From Paraspadella gotoi (lineage: Eukaryota; Animalia; Chaetognatha), in NCBI GenBank assembly GCA_051294375.1, contig CM119265.1, forward strand, positions 28,302,260-28,366,259: a stretch of DNA of 64,000 nucleotides. The letters run 5' to 3'. Position 1 is the first letter of the stretch. Every line of letters begins with the position of its first letter. Positions 50,825 to 64,000 of this stretch are shown here, piece by piece. Both the position numbers and the translations under genes were made by a program. A model generated the notes under the pieces. That model worked only from the letters and a program-made list of their open reading frames with translations. It did not search any database and was not told the DNA's origin.

Positions 50825-51375
50825 TTTAAAAAGTCCTTCGGATTTCGCTGTTTTTATTGACTAATTTAAAAATGCAAGCAAAGATGTATTGAATTAATTA
50901 AACATGATTTGGAATTACTACATCATTTGTCTCTGTCTCTGTCTCTGTCTCTGTCAGATTCGCCAATCTGAAGTCGATGATTTTCTGATGTTTCAAAAAA
51001 AATCTGGATTTTTATAAATTTATTTAAATGCGATTTTAACTTGACTTACTCTTTGGCAGTTTCATGAAACATATTGAGATCAACAATGGCCAATAGGTCA
51101 CAAAACAAAAGGCTCTTTGGCCAGTTTGTAAAACATCTGTAATAAACGGNNNNNNNNNNNNNNNNNNNNNNNNNAGCTGGTATTCGAGGAGTTGGAGAGC
51201 GGTGAGGGAGAGACTTTGAGACGATGAAGGGAACCTGATGGCGATAGGGGCAAGGGGGATATGAAGCGAGAGAAAAGAAGAAGGGCGGAGATTAGAGACA
51301 AAGGGGAAGAAGGAAGGTAACATCCACAAGGAAATTTGAAAAAGAGGAGAATGATAATTGGGAAATGAGGAAGGC

Positions 51376-51455
<80 letters not shown>

Positions 51456-51456
51456 C

Positions 51457-51487
<31 letters not shown>

Positions 51488-52231
51488 AAGGCGAGCAGGA
51501 CGGGGGAAGCGGAGAATCATCCAGATTCTCAGGGAAGAATGAAAAACTATCTCTTCTCCTCTCTCTCTTCTCTCTCTCTCTCTCTCTCACTCTCATACCT
51601 TTCAATGACAAGACGTGAGTCCCTATAAGATCACCAATTGACCGTCTATAACGTTTTTTAACTCCTAATCACGTGACACAAAAGAAAATTATATAACTCA
51701 TGTCAATTCCGGTTTTGATTTTATTTTTAACATTACATTACAAGTAAATACAATTTAAACTCTAATCGGCTTACCCATCCTTTAACCAATTTTAACCCAA
51801 TCCTAACTTCATCCCTAACTCTAATCTCTAATCCCTTACTTAATCCATAACTCTTATCGCCAATCCCTGTACACAGGCAGTAAGTCGGGCAATTATTCAG
51901 TTGTGACCCTGTGGCTCATTGAGTAAAGCATCAGCTTATGACCACATAGGTACCGGGTTCAATCCCAACCACAGTCCCTACAACTGCGGGAAAGCGTGAG
52001 GCGCCGTAAGCCGTAAGCGTAAGCCTCCTTGGGGGGTGGCAACCTTCAAGTCTGGTTCCAAGCCCAGCACCTTTCCATGGTCTGAGAGGGGTTTATAGAA
52101 GTACGGATAGTCATCTTCAGCCACTTAGCCCTTAATCCATAACTCTAACCTTAATCCTAACTTAATCATAACTCTAATCTTTAATTCCATAACTCTAATC
52201 CTAATATTTTAAATCAAATCTCAACCCACCT

Positions 52232-52267
<36 letters not shown>

Positions 52268-52378
52268 AACATAACAGTTAACCCATATCTTTAAACTAAA
52301 AACTAATTTTCTTAAATTTCGGATGAAATTGGTATTTTCAGAAAATAAGACGTTTATTATCTCTCTCAGCCTCAACCT

Positions 52379-55300
52379 CTCAATCACATGCTTCATTTTT
52401 TCGCCACAATCGAATTCTCCTTCTCATTTCATCCAAATTCGCTCTTAATGCAACCGAGTCCGATTTGCAATCAGCGGGTCTTGTCTTCTCTCATGTATCA
52501 AGTCTCATGAACTCATAATGTCATCTATCTCCTTGGATGATAAAGTGACTTCTTTCTTCAAAACTTCCGTCACCGTGAAATATCTTTGGATCGGAGGATT
52601 CGCAAGGCGAAGACGGAAAACTCGTTTCACCCTAAATTGAAACAACGATTTAGCACAGGTTCCATATTATTTGGCTAGAAACCTCGTCATGGCAGGAAGA
52701 ATGATCTTGTCTGGCTTTCAAAATCAACCCAAGTTTTAATTTCATAGAGATGACAAGGCAAGCGAGGTAGTTGGGTGTTCAAAGTTTAACCACATGTGTA
52801 TACAAATTAATTATGAAATTGGTACAACCAATATAAAATTTATTCCATTTTCATTTTAATAACAAAGCCTATCTTGCCCTGTGGGACTTTGGACAAGGCT
52901 TTGGGTGGTTTAAGGCCTCCATCACTCTTACAAGATAATGACATAGCAGGTCCCTGCAAGCAAAATATAATTATTTAAGTCCGGCTCTATCGTACTTTAC
53001 CTGAATTTTTGCATTATTAGTAAACTGCACTTTTCCAAATATCTTTGTTTCATTGAAAGCAGAAAAAACCATTTCATATTCGCTGAAGAAACCATTTGGA
53101 CTGGAGATTTTGCAGTTGACTCGATCGCAGAGTTCTCCGCGTCCTTCAAGAGTTTGTCCACATCCGGGGATCGGAAATTGTTGAATCGACGTGACTCCGT
53201 AGAATCCGAACTGTTTGATGCGGTCCTTCTCATCCATTTAACTGAATGTCAAAAGTATGGGAGAATATCAAAGGGGATCCGGACCAATTTTATGTAAAAA
53301 AAAACTTTTGTTTCGATTTGACAAACTGAGCAAGGCTTTAAAATAAAACCCAACAAAGCAATCAGATCTTATTCTAATAAATCTGATCATAATCTACGTT
53401 CAACAGTTACCGATAAAGGTTACACTTTTCTTTTCTCTGTGATGCTCATTTGAATCACTTTAATGTGATCGGGATTAGAGAGGGTCGCCATGCCTTCTCT
53501 TATGAAGATGGCCCTCACAGTTTGCCCAGTGGGTCTGGGAGATTTTTCCGTCAGTTGCCTTGCTTTCCGGAACTTTCCGGAGGTTTAAAAAGCCCGTCAC
53601 TCTTTTGCAAGGATTGTTCAGGGCTAGAACCAGGGACCAAATGGGTTTGGATATGATGCGTTAGCCCAGTGCGCTATTACGGCGCTGATGGAAGGAACAG
53701 TCCTATCCAACGAGTAAAGATATTACATCACTACATTTTATATAATATACAGTACCGGAAACTAGAATGTCGTAAGTCTGCTAATGGATAACTTTTCCAT
53801 TTATAGGATAAATGGCTTTAGGATTTTATAGGAGGTTTGCCTGGATGTCGGCTATTGCCCATTAAGCCAATTTTTAAAAAAATAATCTTAAACCACTTAA
53901 AAATTGGGGCAAATTTTTTTTAAAAACTTGGCATTAGCATCCAATATATTAAATTTTTCTTAAAATTTTGCCTAAATTGTACTCAAGAGGTTTGAAACTA
54001 TGTAAAAAATATTGTTACTATCCAAAAAGTTTTTCCATATTTATCCAGTGCGTTAATTTTGTAGATGGGTCATTTTTCAATGATGCATAACTCCTTATTG
54101 TGAATATATGGTTAAATTTTAGTAATAGTGGGCCTTGGGTAGTCCTACAATACATATAAATGGCAATCATTTGAAAACTTTTTGACCAAGGTCAAAATTT
54201 TTTACCAAAATTCAATTGTCACCTGCTAAAAATATTATTGCAAATAATGTTAATCTCTTTGCCCTATAAATTCAGTTAAAACATATTTAAAAATAACCTA
54301 AAGCAAAAAATTTTTCTCAACATTTTTAAAAAACTCATGCATATTGTTGCATTTTATATTTTTTTACATTTTTTCACATAAAAGTAATCCCATTTTTAAA
54401 AATTTTTTGTAATACAGATAATATATAATCAAAGACTTTAAAAATACTACCATCAAAGCTAAATTTTTAATAAATTATCAAATATTTATTTAAATATATT
54501 TTAAATATTACTAAAATTAGGATTTTAATAAGCATTCTGCTAACTTTTTCAAGTGGGCCATCGTTGAAAAGAGGGCAACTCAAGGATTCCAAATATATAA
54601 TTTTTTACCAAATTTATTGTCCATGCTGAGATAATTCTTCCAAAGTGCTCAAAAAATGAAAAAACACTACTTTTTAATCTTAATAAAAAATGCTACTATT
54701 TTACTATATTTCTTGTGGTTATAGTTTGTTTCAATACTTGGTAACTAGCGTCAGAATTGTTCATATTTTGTGGTTAATTCATGTCCAGGAATAAAATAAT
54801 ATTATAGTAGATTCCCTCAATCGATTTTTTAAATTTGGCAGACATTTACTCTTTTTTACTTTTAGTTTTTAGAGTATGCATTAAACGTTTCTCTTGATAG
54901 CGCAAATAGAATTGAGAAATCAAAAGTTAATAGTACCAATAGGTGGTTTATCTCCAAATAGATGAAAAAACCTTGTTAAAATTTGATCTGATACGGGTAA
55001 CTTAGCGTACCAATGGCATCGTTCCCATGCCAATCGTTTTCTTTCAATAATTTTTTTTTTTAATACATTTTGAAGGGAAAAGGAAATTAGAAATGCTGGT
55101 GGCATGAAGTTATAAAAAATTCTGCCATAGTGGACTTGAAATCATGACCTTTTATGTCTTGGCGTTAATGGGGGCTGTAAATAAACCCAAAAAATTTCAA
55201 TCATTAAAGTTCAGTCAATCAACCTTTCAAATAGGTTGTTCTACGAAATTTTTTTAGTGAAGAAAAAAAAATTGAATGAAGAGAAAAAATTTTGGCAGAA

Positions 55301-56966
55301 CAGTTCTATTTGAAAGGTTGATTGACTGACTTAATAATTTGAATTTTGGTTATTTTACTGCCCCCATTACGCAAGACATATAAATCATAATTTTCAAGTC
55401 ACTATGGCCAGATTTTTTATAAATTTCATCCACCAGCATTTCTAATTTCCTTTTTCCCCTTTCAAATGTATTAAATAAAAAGAATTATTTGAATAAACGA
55501 TTGGCATGGACGATGCCATTGGTACGCCGTAAGTTACCCCTATTCCAAGATTCCAAATTTTTAAACAAGGTTTTTTCCATCATTGAGACATAACACCAAC
55601 TAGTTGGTACTATTAATTTTTGATTCTCAATTCATTTTGCGTAAATCAGAGAAACGTTTATCATACTCTAAAAACTTAGTAAAAAAGAGTAAAATGTTCC
55701 TGCAAATTTAAAAATCGATTGGATAATCTAACTATAATATTTATTTTATTCCCTGGACATGACATTACCACAAAATATGAACAATTCTTGACCTAGTACC
55801 AGTATTGAAACAAAACTATCATAGTCGCATTTTTTATTAACGATTAAAAAGTAGTGGTGTTTTTCAATTTTTTGAGGCACTTTGGAAAGAATTATCTCAC
55901 TTTGGGACATTAAAATTTGGTAAAAATTATATATTTGGAATACCTTGAGTTGCCTCTTTTTAATGATGCCCATTTTGAAAGCATTCGTTAGCAGAAATGC
56001 TTATAAAATTCCTATTTTTAGTAATATGTAAATACATTTAAAATATTTAAAATTTATTAAAAATTAGATTTTGATGTATATTTAAAGTCTTGATTATATA
56101 TTATCTGACTGTCTACCAAAATTTTTAAAAAATGGATTACTTTTATGTTGAAAAAAATGTAAAAAAATTTAAAAATGCAACAATAGTGCAAATGAGTTTT
56201 AAAAATGTTGAGAAACAATTTTTTGATTTAGCTTATTTTAAAATGTTTTAACTGATTTATAGCAAAAGATAACATTATTTGCAATAAATATTTTTAGCAG
56301 GATTGACAACTTTGAATTTTGTTAAAAAAAAATTTTGAACCGTGCTGCAAAAGTTTTTTCAAAATGATGAAATTTATATGTATGGCAGGACTTACCAAGG
56401 CCCACTATGTACTAAATGTAAAACATAATATTCACAAATAAGGAAGTTATGCATTCATTGAAAAAAAGACCAATCTAAAATATTAGCACTGATAAATATG
56501 GAAAAAAACTTTTGATAGTAACAATATTTCTACAGAAGTTTACAAACCTCTTTGAGTACAATTTAGCAAAATTTAAGAAAAAAATTTAAATATATTGAGC
56601 TATGCAAGTTTTTTAAAAAAAATTTTACCAATTTTTAAAGTGCGTTTTAGATTATTTGTTTTAAAAATTGCTTAAAATGGGCAATAGGCCAGACATCCAG
56701 GCAACCTCATAAAATCCAAAGCCATTTATCCTATAAATAAGAAAAAATCCCAGTACAGACTTAAGACATTCTAGTTTCCGGTACTGTAGTCATCACCTTC
56801 GTGCAGCCATCCACTTTTTGTTACTATCAATTGCTGACCACTAATTGAGTCCAAAAATTTTCACAATTTTCGGGTGAATTCTCTGTCGCGGACTTGCAAA
56901 TGTTTATTCGGAGAGAATAATTAAAAGAGGTTTTCACAAACGACTTTGGCAATTGAGAATAGTCAT
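52379..56966 (-). pseudogene. Frameshifted second copy of the nested gene (exons ~56966-56797, 53241-53001, ~52631-52379); probably an artefactual duplicate
   Basis: Same exons and splice sites with many 1-nt indels. Confidence 0.55.
53750..56786. mobile_element. Duplicate of the foldback Tc1/mariner-type element
   Basis: Same TA-flanked CAGTACCGG...CCGGTACTG termini and internal sequence. Confidence 0.8.
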
Positions 56967-57552
56967 TTTAAAAAAGTCCTTCGGATTTCGCTGTTTTTTA
57001 TTGACTAATTTTAAAAATGCAAGCAAAGATTGTATTGAATAATTAAAACATGATTTGAATTACTACATCATTTGTCTCTGTCTCTGTCTCTGTCTCTGTC
57101 AGTTTCGCCCAACTGAAGTCGAATGATTTTCTGATGTTTAAAAAAAACCAGGATTTTTATAATTCATTTAAATGCAATTTTAACTTTGACTTACTCTTTG
57201 TAGTTTTCATGAAAACATATGACATCAACAATGGCCAATAGGTCACAAAAAAACAAAATGCTCTTTGGCCAGTTTTGTAAAAACACTGTAATAAACGGAG
57301 AGTGAACCAGATCGAATTGTAGACAAAAATGAGCGTTTCTGGAATAAAAGGCCCAGACAATTTAACGAAAAAAGAGGAAGATCACCCTTAGCGTTTTCGA
57401 GAGAGGAAATCCCTGTAGAATGAATGAGAAGAGAACTACGTCGCCAAAGAAAACAAAACGAAAAGCGGCGCGGATTAAAAAGAATTCGGGGCTGCAAAAA
57501 AGAATCAAGGTCATTGTGCGGAGCCAGAGATAAAAAGGGAGGCGGAATGAGG

Positions 57553-57601
<49 letters not shown>

Positions 57602-57847
57602 GTTTCTGATATCTCATGTCACTCGTCACCCGAGTTCGTTTTGTCTCCTTTCAATGTATTTATTGATATCACTCAATGTCATGAATGACGTGAGATTATA
57701 GCAATATGAGAGCATGTATTATACTAGCGTAATTGACTATTACATATCAAGGGAGTGGTCTCCTCATATAATTGAAACATACTTTGAAATATTATACCAC
57801 TTCATTGATAAGGAAGCCAGGTACTCTGGGAGTGAATAAATAAGACT

Positions 57848-58008
57848 GTGAGAGAGTCTTGATTGAAAGCTTGCAAGGACTTGCTATGTCATTATCTTGT
57901 AAGAGTGATGGATGCCTTAAACCACCAAAGCGTGTCCAAAGTCAAGGGCAAGATAACTCATTTAGTATATGAATAGATAATTTTTATATTTGTTGTACCA
58001 ATTTCATA
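57848..58008 (-). mobile_element. Reverse copy of the dispersed short repeat family
   Basis: Reverse complement of 46684-46822 and 4025-4138. Confidence 0.75.
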
Positions 58009-58606
58009 TCACATTAAATTTAGTTTATATTTTGTTCTCTTTCTCTTTCTCTTTTGTTATCTTTCTTTTTTTTTCGACTTTTTATCCTTTTTCTCCTTTT
58101 TCTTTTTTTTTCTCTCTTATTCTGTCATCGATTTTTTTCAACTAAAAGAATGAAATTACATCAAGAGACAACAATTTGCTTGAAAACAACGCAAACATGA
58201 AACATGAAGATATTTTTGTCGCGTTTCTGCAGCCACCAGAACTTGAAGGTGGATAATGGATCCATTGCAGGGACAATAATTCGTTGAATTCTTTAGTTTT
58301 TTAATTATATTTTTTGTAGTTTAGCAGAATAATGAAAGAGAAAATATTACCTTTGTGTATATTTTGCTCTATTACAAAGACTCGATTTCACATAATGAAT
58401 AAAATTCTTTGGTTGGTTAGTCAGTTTTTTTCATGTTTTCTCCCAAATTTAAATTTAAAATTAAAACTTACAAACTTATACCTCGTCGTCGTCGTCGTCG
58501 TCGCCGTCGCCTTCGTCCGTAAAAGAGATTCCAAAAATTGCAGAAAAAAGGAACCGAATTGTGAGGTCATAAAAATCTTATTCTCTCTCTCTTTTTCTGT
58601 CTCTCA

Positions 58607-58664
<58 letters not shown>

Positions 58665-58765
58665 GTGTCAGAGCCTTTGTTTTTTCTCAAAACAATTGAG
58701 AAGGAGAGAGAAAAGAAAACCACTGGACAAAAAAAATTTAATTATATCGAAATATTTATATATCA

Positions 58766-58825
<60 letters not shown>

Positions 58826-58889
58826 TTCTCTCTTTCCTTCCTTCTTTTTCCCTAGATTTTGATTAAATTGAAGTCTTAAAAGAAAAAGG

Positions 58890-58951
<62 letters not shown>

Positions 58952-59184
58952 GAGAGAGAGAGAGAGAGAGAGATTGTTTTCTTTTTAAACGCGAATCGTT
59001 TTGCGTCGACAAAACATCTTGTTTGATCCGATTATGAAAAACAAAACATCTCAGGAGAAAAAACATAAAAATTTCGTAATTGGATCCTGGATTATTTTTT
59101 TTTTCTCAAAAATTATTTCCAAACTTCGTTTAGAAATTAACGGAACCTTTATTTAAATAATTAACAATTACTTTTTTTTCACAG

Positions 59185-59247
59185 ATTGCAGCGACATCGT
59201 GAATGGCGTCAGTGGAGTCTATTACATCCGGCCCCGAGGAGTTCCGG
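59185..59247 (+). CDS. Fibrinogen-related gene, exon F (FReD start)
   Basis: ttttcacag| (D)CSDIVNGVSGVYYIRPRGVP |gtaaat; contains the DC..SGVY.I.P motif. Confidence 0.92.
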
Positions 59248-59669
59248 GTAAATAAAAAAAAGGTTTTAAAATATTTAGTCTTTTTAGTTAATTATTAATT
59301 CGTTCATTGCTTTCTTTAGATAATAGTATTTCAATAATTTATTCATTCATTCATTCATCAATTTATTCATTCATTGATTGATGGATTCATTTTTCATTCA
59401 TTCATTCATTCATTCATTCATTCATTCATTCATTCATTCATTCATTCATTCATTCATTCATTTATTCTTTTTATCATTCTTTGTTTTATTATTTCTTTTT
59501 TTCATTCATTCATTCATTCCTTCTTTAATCTTTTAATCAGTTAAAAGATGCATTTTCTCTGATCAGCCTCCAGTCCAGTGTCGACCCTTTTGTAGATAAT
59601 TTCATTTTCTCTGCATCTCACTCACCATTTTTCCTCACCTCCCCCCCCACTGTCCAATGCCCATTCCAG

Positions 59670-59798
59670 GTCCGTTCCTCGCTTTCTGCGAATTCGAGTC
59701 TGAGCAGGGATGGACGGTCATTCAGCGCCGACGGAATTTCGATCAAGATTTCGATCTTTCGTGGGAAAGTTACAAATGGGGATTCGGGAGATTGACGC
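59670..59798 (+). CDS. Fibrinogen-related gene, exon G (FReD)
   Basis: cattccag| GPFLAFCEFESEQGWTVIQRRRNFDQDFDLSWESYKWGFGRLT |gtgagt; contains GWTVIQRR and W..YK.GFG motifs. Confidence 0.95.
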
Positions 59799-60384
59799 GT
59801 GAGTCTTGAAGATCGGCCAGTTACCTTACCTTACCTTATATAACCTTACCCTAAATTAACTAAATTGAACGTTGCTACTATGTGTTAAATTCTAGTACAC
59901 ATATTTTTTCTATATGAAATTGATACAAATGATATGAAACTACTGATAAGCTATAAGCAATATAAAATTATAAATAAGCCTTTAGGCTGTTGTGTTGCTT
60001 TCATTCCATATCCAAGGAAGATTTTGCAAAAATTCTATCAGGACTCTCTCCCTCTATTAAATCTTATTGTTTTTGGTTTCTTCATATCTTTAAATCGTTT
60101 ACAATTGTAATAATGTTTTTAATTTCGTGTTACCCAGTTTTTACTGTACCTTTTCGGTTTCCCCTCTTTATTGATTTACAATTTATGACGATTAAATTTT
60201 TTTTTCTTATTTTCTTTCCTTATTTCCAACTTTTCTATCCTTCATTTCTTACCACCCTCCCTCTCTTTTTCCCTCTCTTTCTATATTATGCCTTTTCGTG
60301 CACTTCCCTGCTCTTTTCCACCCTTTTCTATCTTTCCCACTCTCTCTATCTTTCCCCCTCTCACTTCTTTGTCCACACTGCCAG

Positions 60385-60506
60385 AGGACCACTGGCTGGG
60401 CAACGAGTACCTCCACCTCATCTCTCGCCAGGGAGACTACAAACTTCACATCGACATTCAGTTGAAGAACAAGACTTGGATTTGGGCCGAATATCATCCC
60501 TTTCAG
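60385..60506 (+). CDS. Fibrinogen-related gene, exon H (FReD)
   Basis: ctgccag| (Q)DHWLGNEYLHLISRQGDYKLHIDIQLKNKTWIWAEYHPFQ |gttaat; contains the WLGNE motif. Confidence 0.95.
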
Positions 60507-60915
60507 GTTAATGGACAGATAGAGAGAGAGCCAATCGCTCACCGGTTAATATCAAAGGAATCACACTCATGTGGGCAATCCTTTATTAGCATCGCTAGGA
60601 TGCTGGAGAGCCACTAATAATAACCTTATTGTAAGAAAATGCAGATCTTCAGCAATTATTAAGTTCTTATTTCTCCTATTATATTCAAGTATACATTTTT
60701 CGCTATGTGGGTAAAAAAAGTTAATTGATGAAAATAAATCAACGCGTGAAGAATTAAAAGTGTACGATTTCTTAAAATATTTTAAATATAAGGAAACCAT
60801 TTACATTCGCGATTTAATTTTAATCTCGAAATATTTATGCTAAAATAATTATAACCGCGGATAATCTCTTTACTGCAACATGTAAATGAGATTTTCGTCA
60901 CCGATTTTTAACCAG

Positions 60916-61090
60916 GTCGACGACGAATCAAAAGGCTTCGAACTTCGCGTGGGCAATTACTCTGGCAACGCGGGCAACGCCCTTCACCTTCCGCTGAGCA
61001 CGAGAGTCTCCAGCAAAGCGATGAAGTTCACGACTAACGATCGGGATAACGATCACTGGCCCTGGAACTGCGCTAATAAATTCGGAGGAG
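60916..61090 (+). CDS. Fibrinogen-related gene, exon I (FReD)
   Basis: aaccag| VDDESKGFELRVGNYSGNAGNAL...MKFTTNDRDNDHWPWNCANKFGG |gtgaaa; contains YSGNAG and F(S/T)T.DRDND..C motifs. Confidence 0.95.
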
Positions 61091-62174
61091 GTGAAAGGAT
61101 TTACGATTCTTCATCTTATCTTATTATTATTAGTACCTTCATTATTATTTTTTGTCATAATTTTAACTACTCTCATGTTATTCTACATTATCTTATTTTG
61201 TCATAATTTTACCTTAGTCTAAGATAATTGCATCTTATCCTATTTTGTCCAAATTTCATCCTATCATATCTTTGATTGATTGATTGATTTTTTTGTTTTT
61301 TCAGTCGCATTAGTAATGCGACTAAATAAATCACCTAATTTACATTCATGAAGTCCGTTAACCATTAGCTTTTTTATAATTACTATCTTATTGATGAATA
61401 GTAAAATCAAAAATTTTAAGATGTAAACATCTTAAATGATTTATGATCTATGGTTTTTAATGTATTTAACCACCTGGAGATGACATTCTTATATATATTA
61501 AGAAAAATAAAACAAAAAGTCTTTACAAAAAAGGAAAAAAACCGATACAGAACTATATATATATAACTGTATATTCATCACATTGATAATTATTTTTTCC
61601 ATGAGACCTTGCTTGCTCCAAGGGAGCGTCCAAAAGAGAAATAAGAAGAGGGAATGCTTTAAACGTTTTACCGAGTGAAATAATGATTATTTAAACCTAA
61701 ATATAAAGTTACACAGACCTAAAAAAAGTCTAAAAAATCTTAAAAATCTTAGGTAGATCCATCTGTCCAAGAAGTAGGTCAAGACTTTGATTTTAGAACT
61801 TTTTTAAGCTTAACTTTATAATGTAGATACATTTTTAATAACTTAAATAAAAGAAAAATATTTAAAAATAACTAAAAAAATTAATTTAAATAAAAAATAA
61901 ACATTTAGATAGTTTTTAAAAGTTGTGTACACAAATTATGGGTATTTTTTTATGTTTTTGCTTTAATTAGCTGTTAAGGTATCAAACGGATTAATAAAAA
62001 ATATTATACAATTGTCAAAACACATATGACGAACAATGCCAACTTACACAACTTTTTTTTATGTATTTTACTTTTTTCCCTTTTTCCCCCATTTTTAGTC
62101 ACAAGATTATTTCTTCTCTGCCAACATCATCAAGCGTTAACAAGCTTTTCCTTTTTATTCCCTAACTCTCTTAG

Positions 62175-62305
62175 GATGGTGGTACCAAGCTTGCTCGGCT
62201 GCTTACCTTAACTCCAATTGGCCGCTGAACAGAAGATGGCTTGATCACTTTGGTCTCTCACGGACGTTGATGAGGATTCGAAGACTGCGCCTTCACAAAG
62301 CGTGA
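62175..62305 (+). CDS. Fibrinogen-related gene, last exon J
   Basis: ctcttag| GWWYQACSAAYLNSNWPLNRRWLDHFGLSRTLMRIRRLRLHKA*; contains GWWY..C...LN and terminal M.IR motifs. Confidence 0.92.
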
Positions 62306-63086
62306 CATGACTTACATGATTGGCCATCACATGAGATTATGTGATTAGACATGACATGGAATTTCAGGATTTTACTTAACATTACATTACATAATGTGAC
62401 CTGACATGACTTGAAAGTGATTATAGGATGTCATATACATGAGATGACTCGACTTTCCTTGACGTGACGACATGAGGTTACATGCAGGACTTAGGATGAA
62501 TTGAAAATATATTTGACCTCAAATGATTTGGAAAATATGAAGATTATTCATCAAAAGATAAGACACAAATTTACTTGTGAAGAAGCTACCGAAATTCATG
62601 CCTAATGACATGATGTAAGTCACAATATCACAATGTATGATGCAAAGAAAATAACTAATTGATCAAAGAGAAGATATGAAGAAGATTCGCTTTATCGTCT
62701 TCGTCGTCATCCCTATCTCCAATTGTCGTCGTCGTCATCCCTATCTCCAATCACTGCTATTTTTTTTGAAAGAATCTTGACTTAATTTAAAAACTGCCGC
62801 TTGACATTAAACTTGACAATAACATGACAACAAACTTGACAACAAATAATAACTGCAATCCTGTTTGTTTTTATCAATCGCCACACTTTTTTTGCTGTCT
62901 GGTCAAAAATTGATTTTGAGGTATACAAATATATGTCAAAGTTCATATTTAATTATAATAAATAACGTTTGGCCAAATTTTTTTTATTATTATATTTTTG
63001 TCAATAATGTTTTGAACGTCTTGTTTCTTGAAATAAAAATTTCAAAGATGTTATAGGGCTCTGTTTTCTGTTCAGTAAACTTAAAA

Positions 63087-63995
63087 CTAAAAGAGATTAA
63101 AAACAATGATTATTGGGATAGAATACCAACAGAAGTAAAGAATGCTGTAATTTGTGTATGATTCATTATTTATTACGGCGAGAAATTTGTCAAGATAGAA
63201 TTTAATCTTTTTGGGTGAAGCCATCGAGTTCGCCCACTTAAAAAAGATTACGAATGTGGGTAACCATGGAATCTGACTAGACGAAGCTGGCACAGTCCTT
63301 AGAAAGCCGAGTGCTAAGTAGTCTTTAGCTATTTCATTATGGTAAGGCTTCATTGTTTTCATATTTCGGAAAAAGCGAAGGCTTAAAAAAATAATCAAAA
63401 ATCCGATCGTAAACACAAATTTTATGAGTCGACGTTTCCACAGAGGAACAAATAACTTTGTTAAAATAAAAAAAATCCATGTGATCAAAGGCGCTGATGA
63501 AATCAATAACAGAAAAAGTTGCGATTCGCAACTCAGAAAAAAATTATAAATCTGACTCTTGCAATGTACTGTTTTCATCCTCTGCGCACTGCAGAGATAA
63601 CTCAGTTTCTCCAAATTCATCCCATTAACATCTTTCACTGTTAACATGAGCGGCCCGGCAAAGATGAGGCACGTTATGACCCCTATCAAGCAAAGCAGCC
63701 GTTTTTCTCCGGGACGAAGCATTTTCCATTTTCTTTTACCAAATCCCTCAACGAATGACAGCACAAAAATAAAGGACATCAGGTATTCAGGATAATGAGT
63801 CCAAATCGTGAAACTTCGATACATATTTTGGCTTTTGGTAAACAAGGTTTTGTTATCCAAACTAACAAAGCATGACCTTCTTAGGCATGGAGAAACATCA
63901 TATTGACTCATCATTTCTTTGTGAACAAGAATGGCATTTAAATTTTGGCAAACCACCGCTAAAAAAAAACCAGACCCAATGAGATTCGTTGTCAT
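63087..63995 (-). CDS. Intronless multi-pass membrane protein (possibly a divergent 7TM/chemoreceptor-like protein); may extend beyond the window
   Basis: 302-codon non-repetitive ORF in AT-rich DNA with several hydrophobic segments and Cys/N-glycosylation-bearing loops. The frame stays open to the window edge. Confidence 0.7.
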   Translation of the reverse strand: MTTNLIGSGFFLAVVCQNLNAILVHKEMMSQYDVSPCLRRSCFVSLDNKTLFTKSQNMYRSFTIWTHYPEYLMSFIFVLSFVEGFGKRKWKMLRPGEKRLLCLIGVITCLIFAGPLMLTVKDVNGMNLEKLSYLCSAQRMKTVHCKSQIYNFFLSCESQLFLLLISSAPLITWIFFILTKLFVPLWKRRLIKFVFTIGFLIIFLSLRFFRNMKTMKPYHNEIAKDYLALGFLRTVPASSSQIPWLPTFVIFFKWANSMASPKKIKFYLDKFLAVINNESYTNYSILYFCWYSIPIIIVFNLF

Positions 63996-64000
63996 TTGGG

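Larger units (their letters stand above)
51175..57300 (+). repeat. Second copy of the ~6.1-kb block 45040-51149 (SINEs, nested gene, foldback element)
   Basis: Offset 6143 in the central part, which is apparently identical, with indel-noisy ends. The junction is a 25-N gap. Confidence 0.9.

Overview
AT-rich, microsatellite-rich eukaryotic (invertebrate animal) DNA from a gapped draft assembly. Most entries in the ORF track are low-complexity noise. Four real genes can be read. (1) The last exon of an iodothyronine deiodinase-like gene (1-165, +). Its stop codon sits inside a 27-bp minisatellite built from its own C-terminus, and it is followed by a canonical type II SECIS (701-787) and AATAAA, so it is probably a selenoprotein. 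(2) A gene of at least 10 exons (8356-62305, +) for a coiled-coil plus fibrinogen C-terminal domain (angiopoietin-like/FReD) protein. (3) A three-exon antisense gene for a ~220-aa secreted Cys-containing protein, nested in the largest intron of gene 2 (50824-46248, -). Its first intron carries a 3-kb TA-flanked foldback Tc1/mariner-type element; the whole block appears twice. (4) An intronless multi-pass membrane protein ORF (63087 to the window end, -). The window also has Penelope-type minimal hammerhead ribozymes, tRNA-derived SINEs, Helentron/HINE-like repeats and many tandem repeats. Several large duplications next to 25-N gaps look like long-read gap-filling artefacts.
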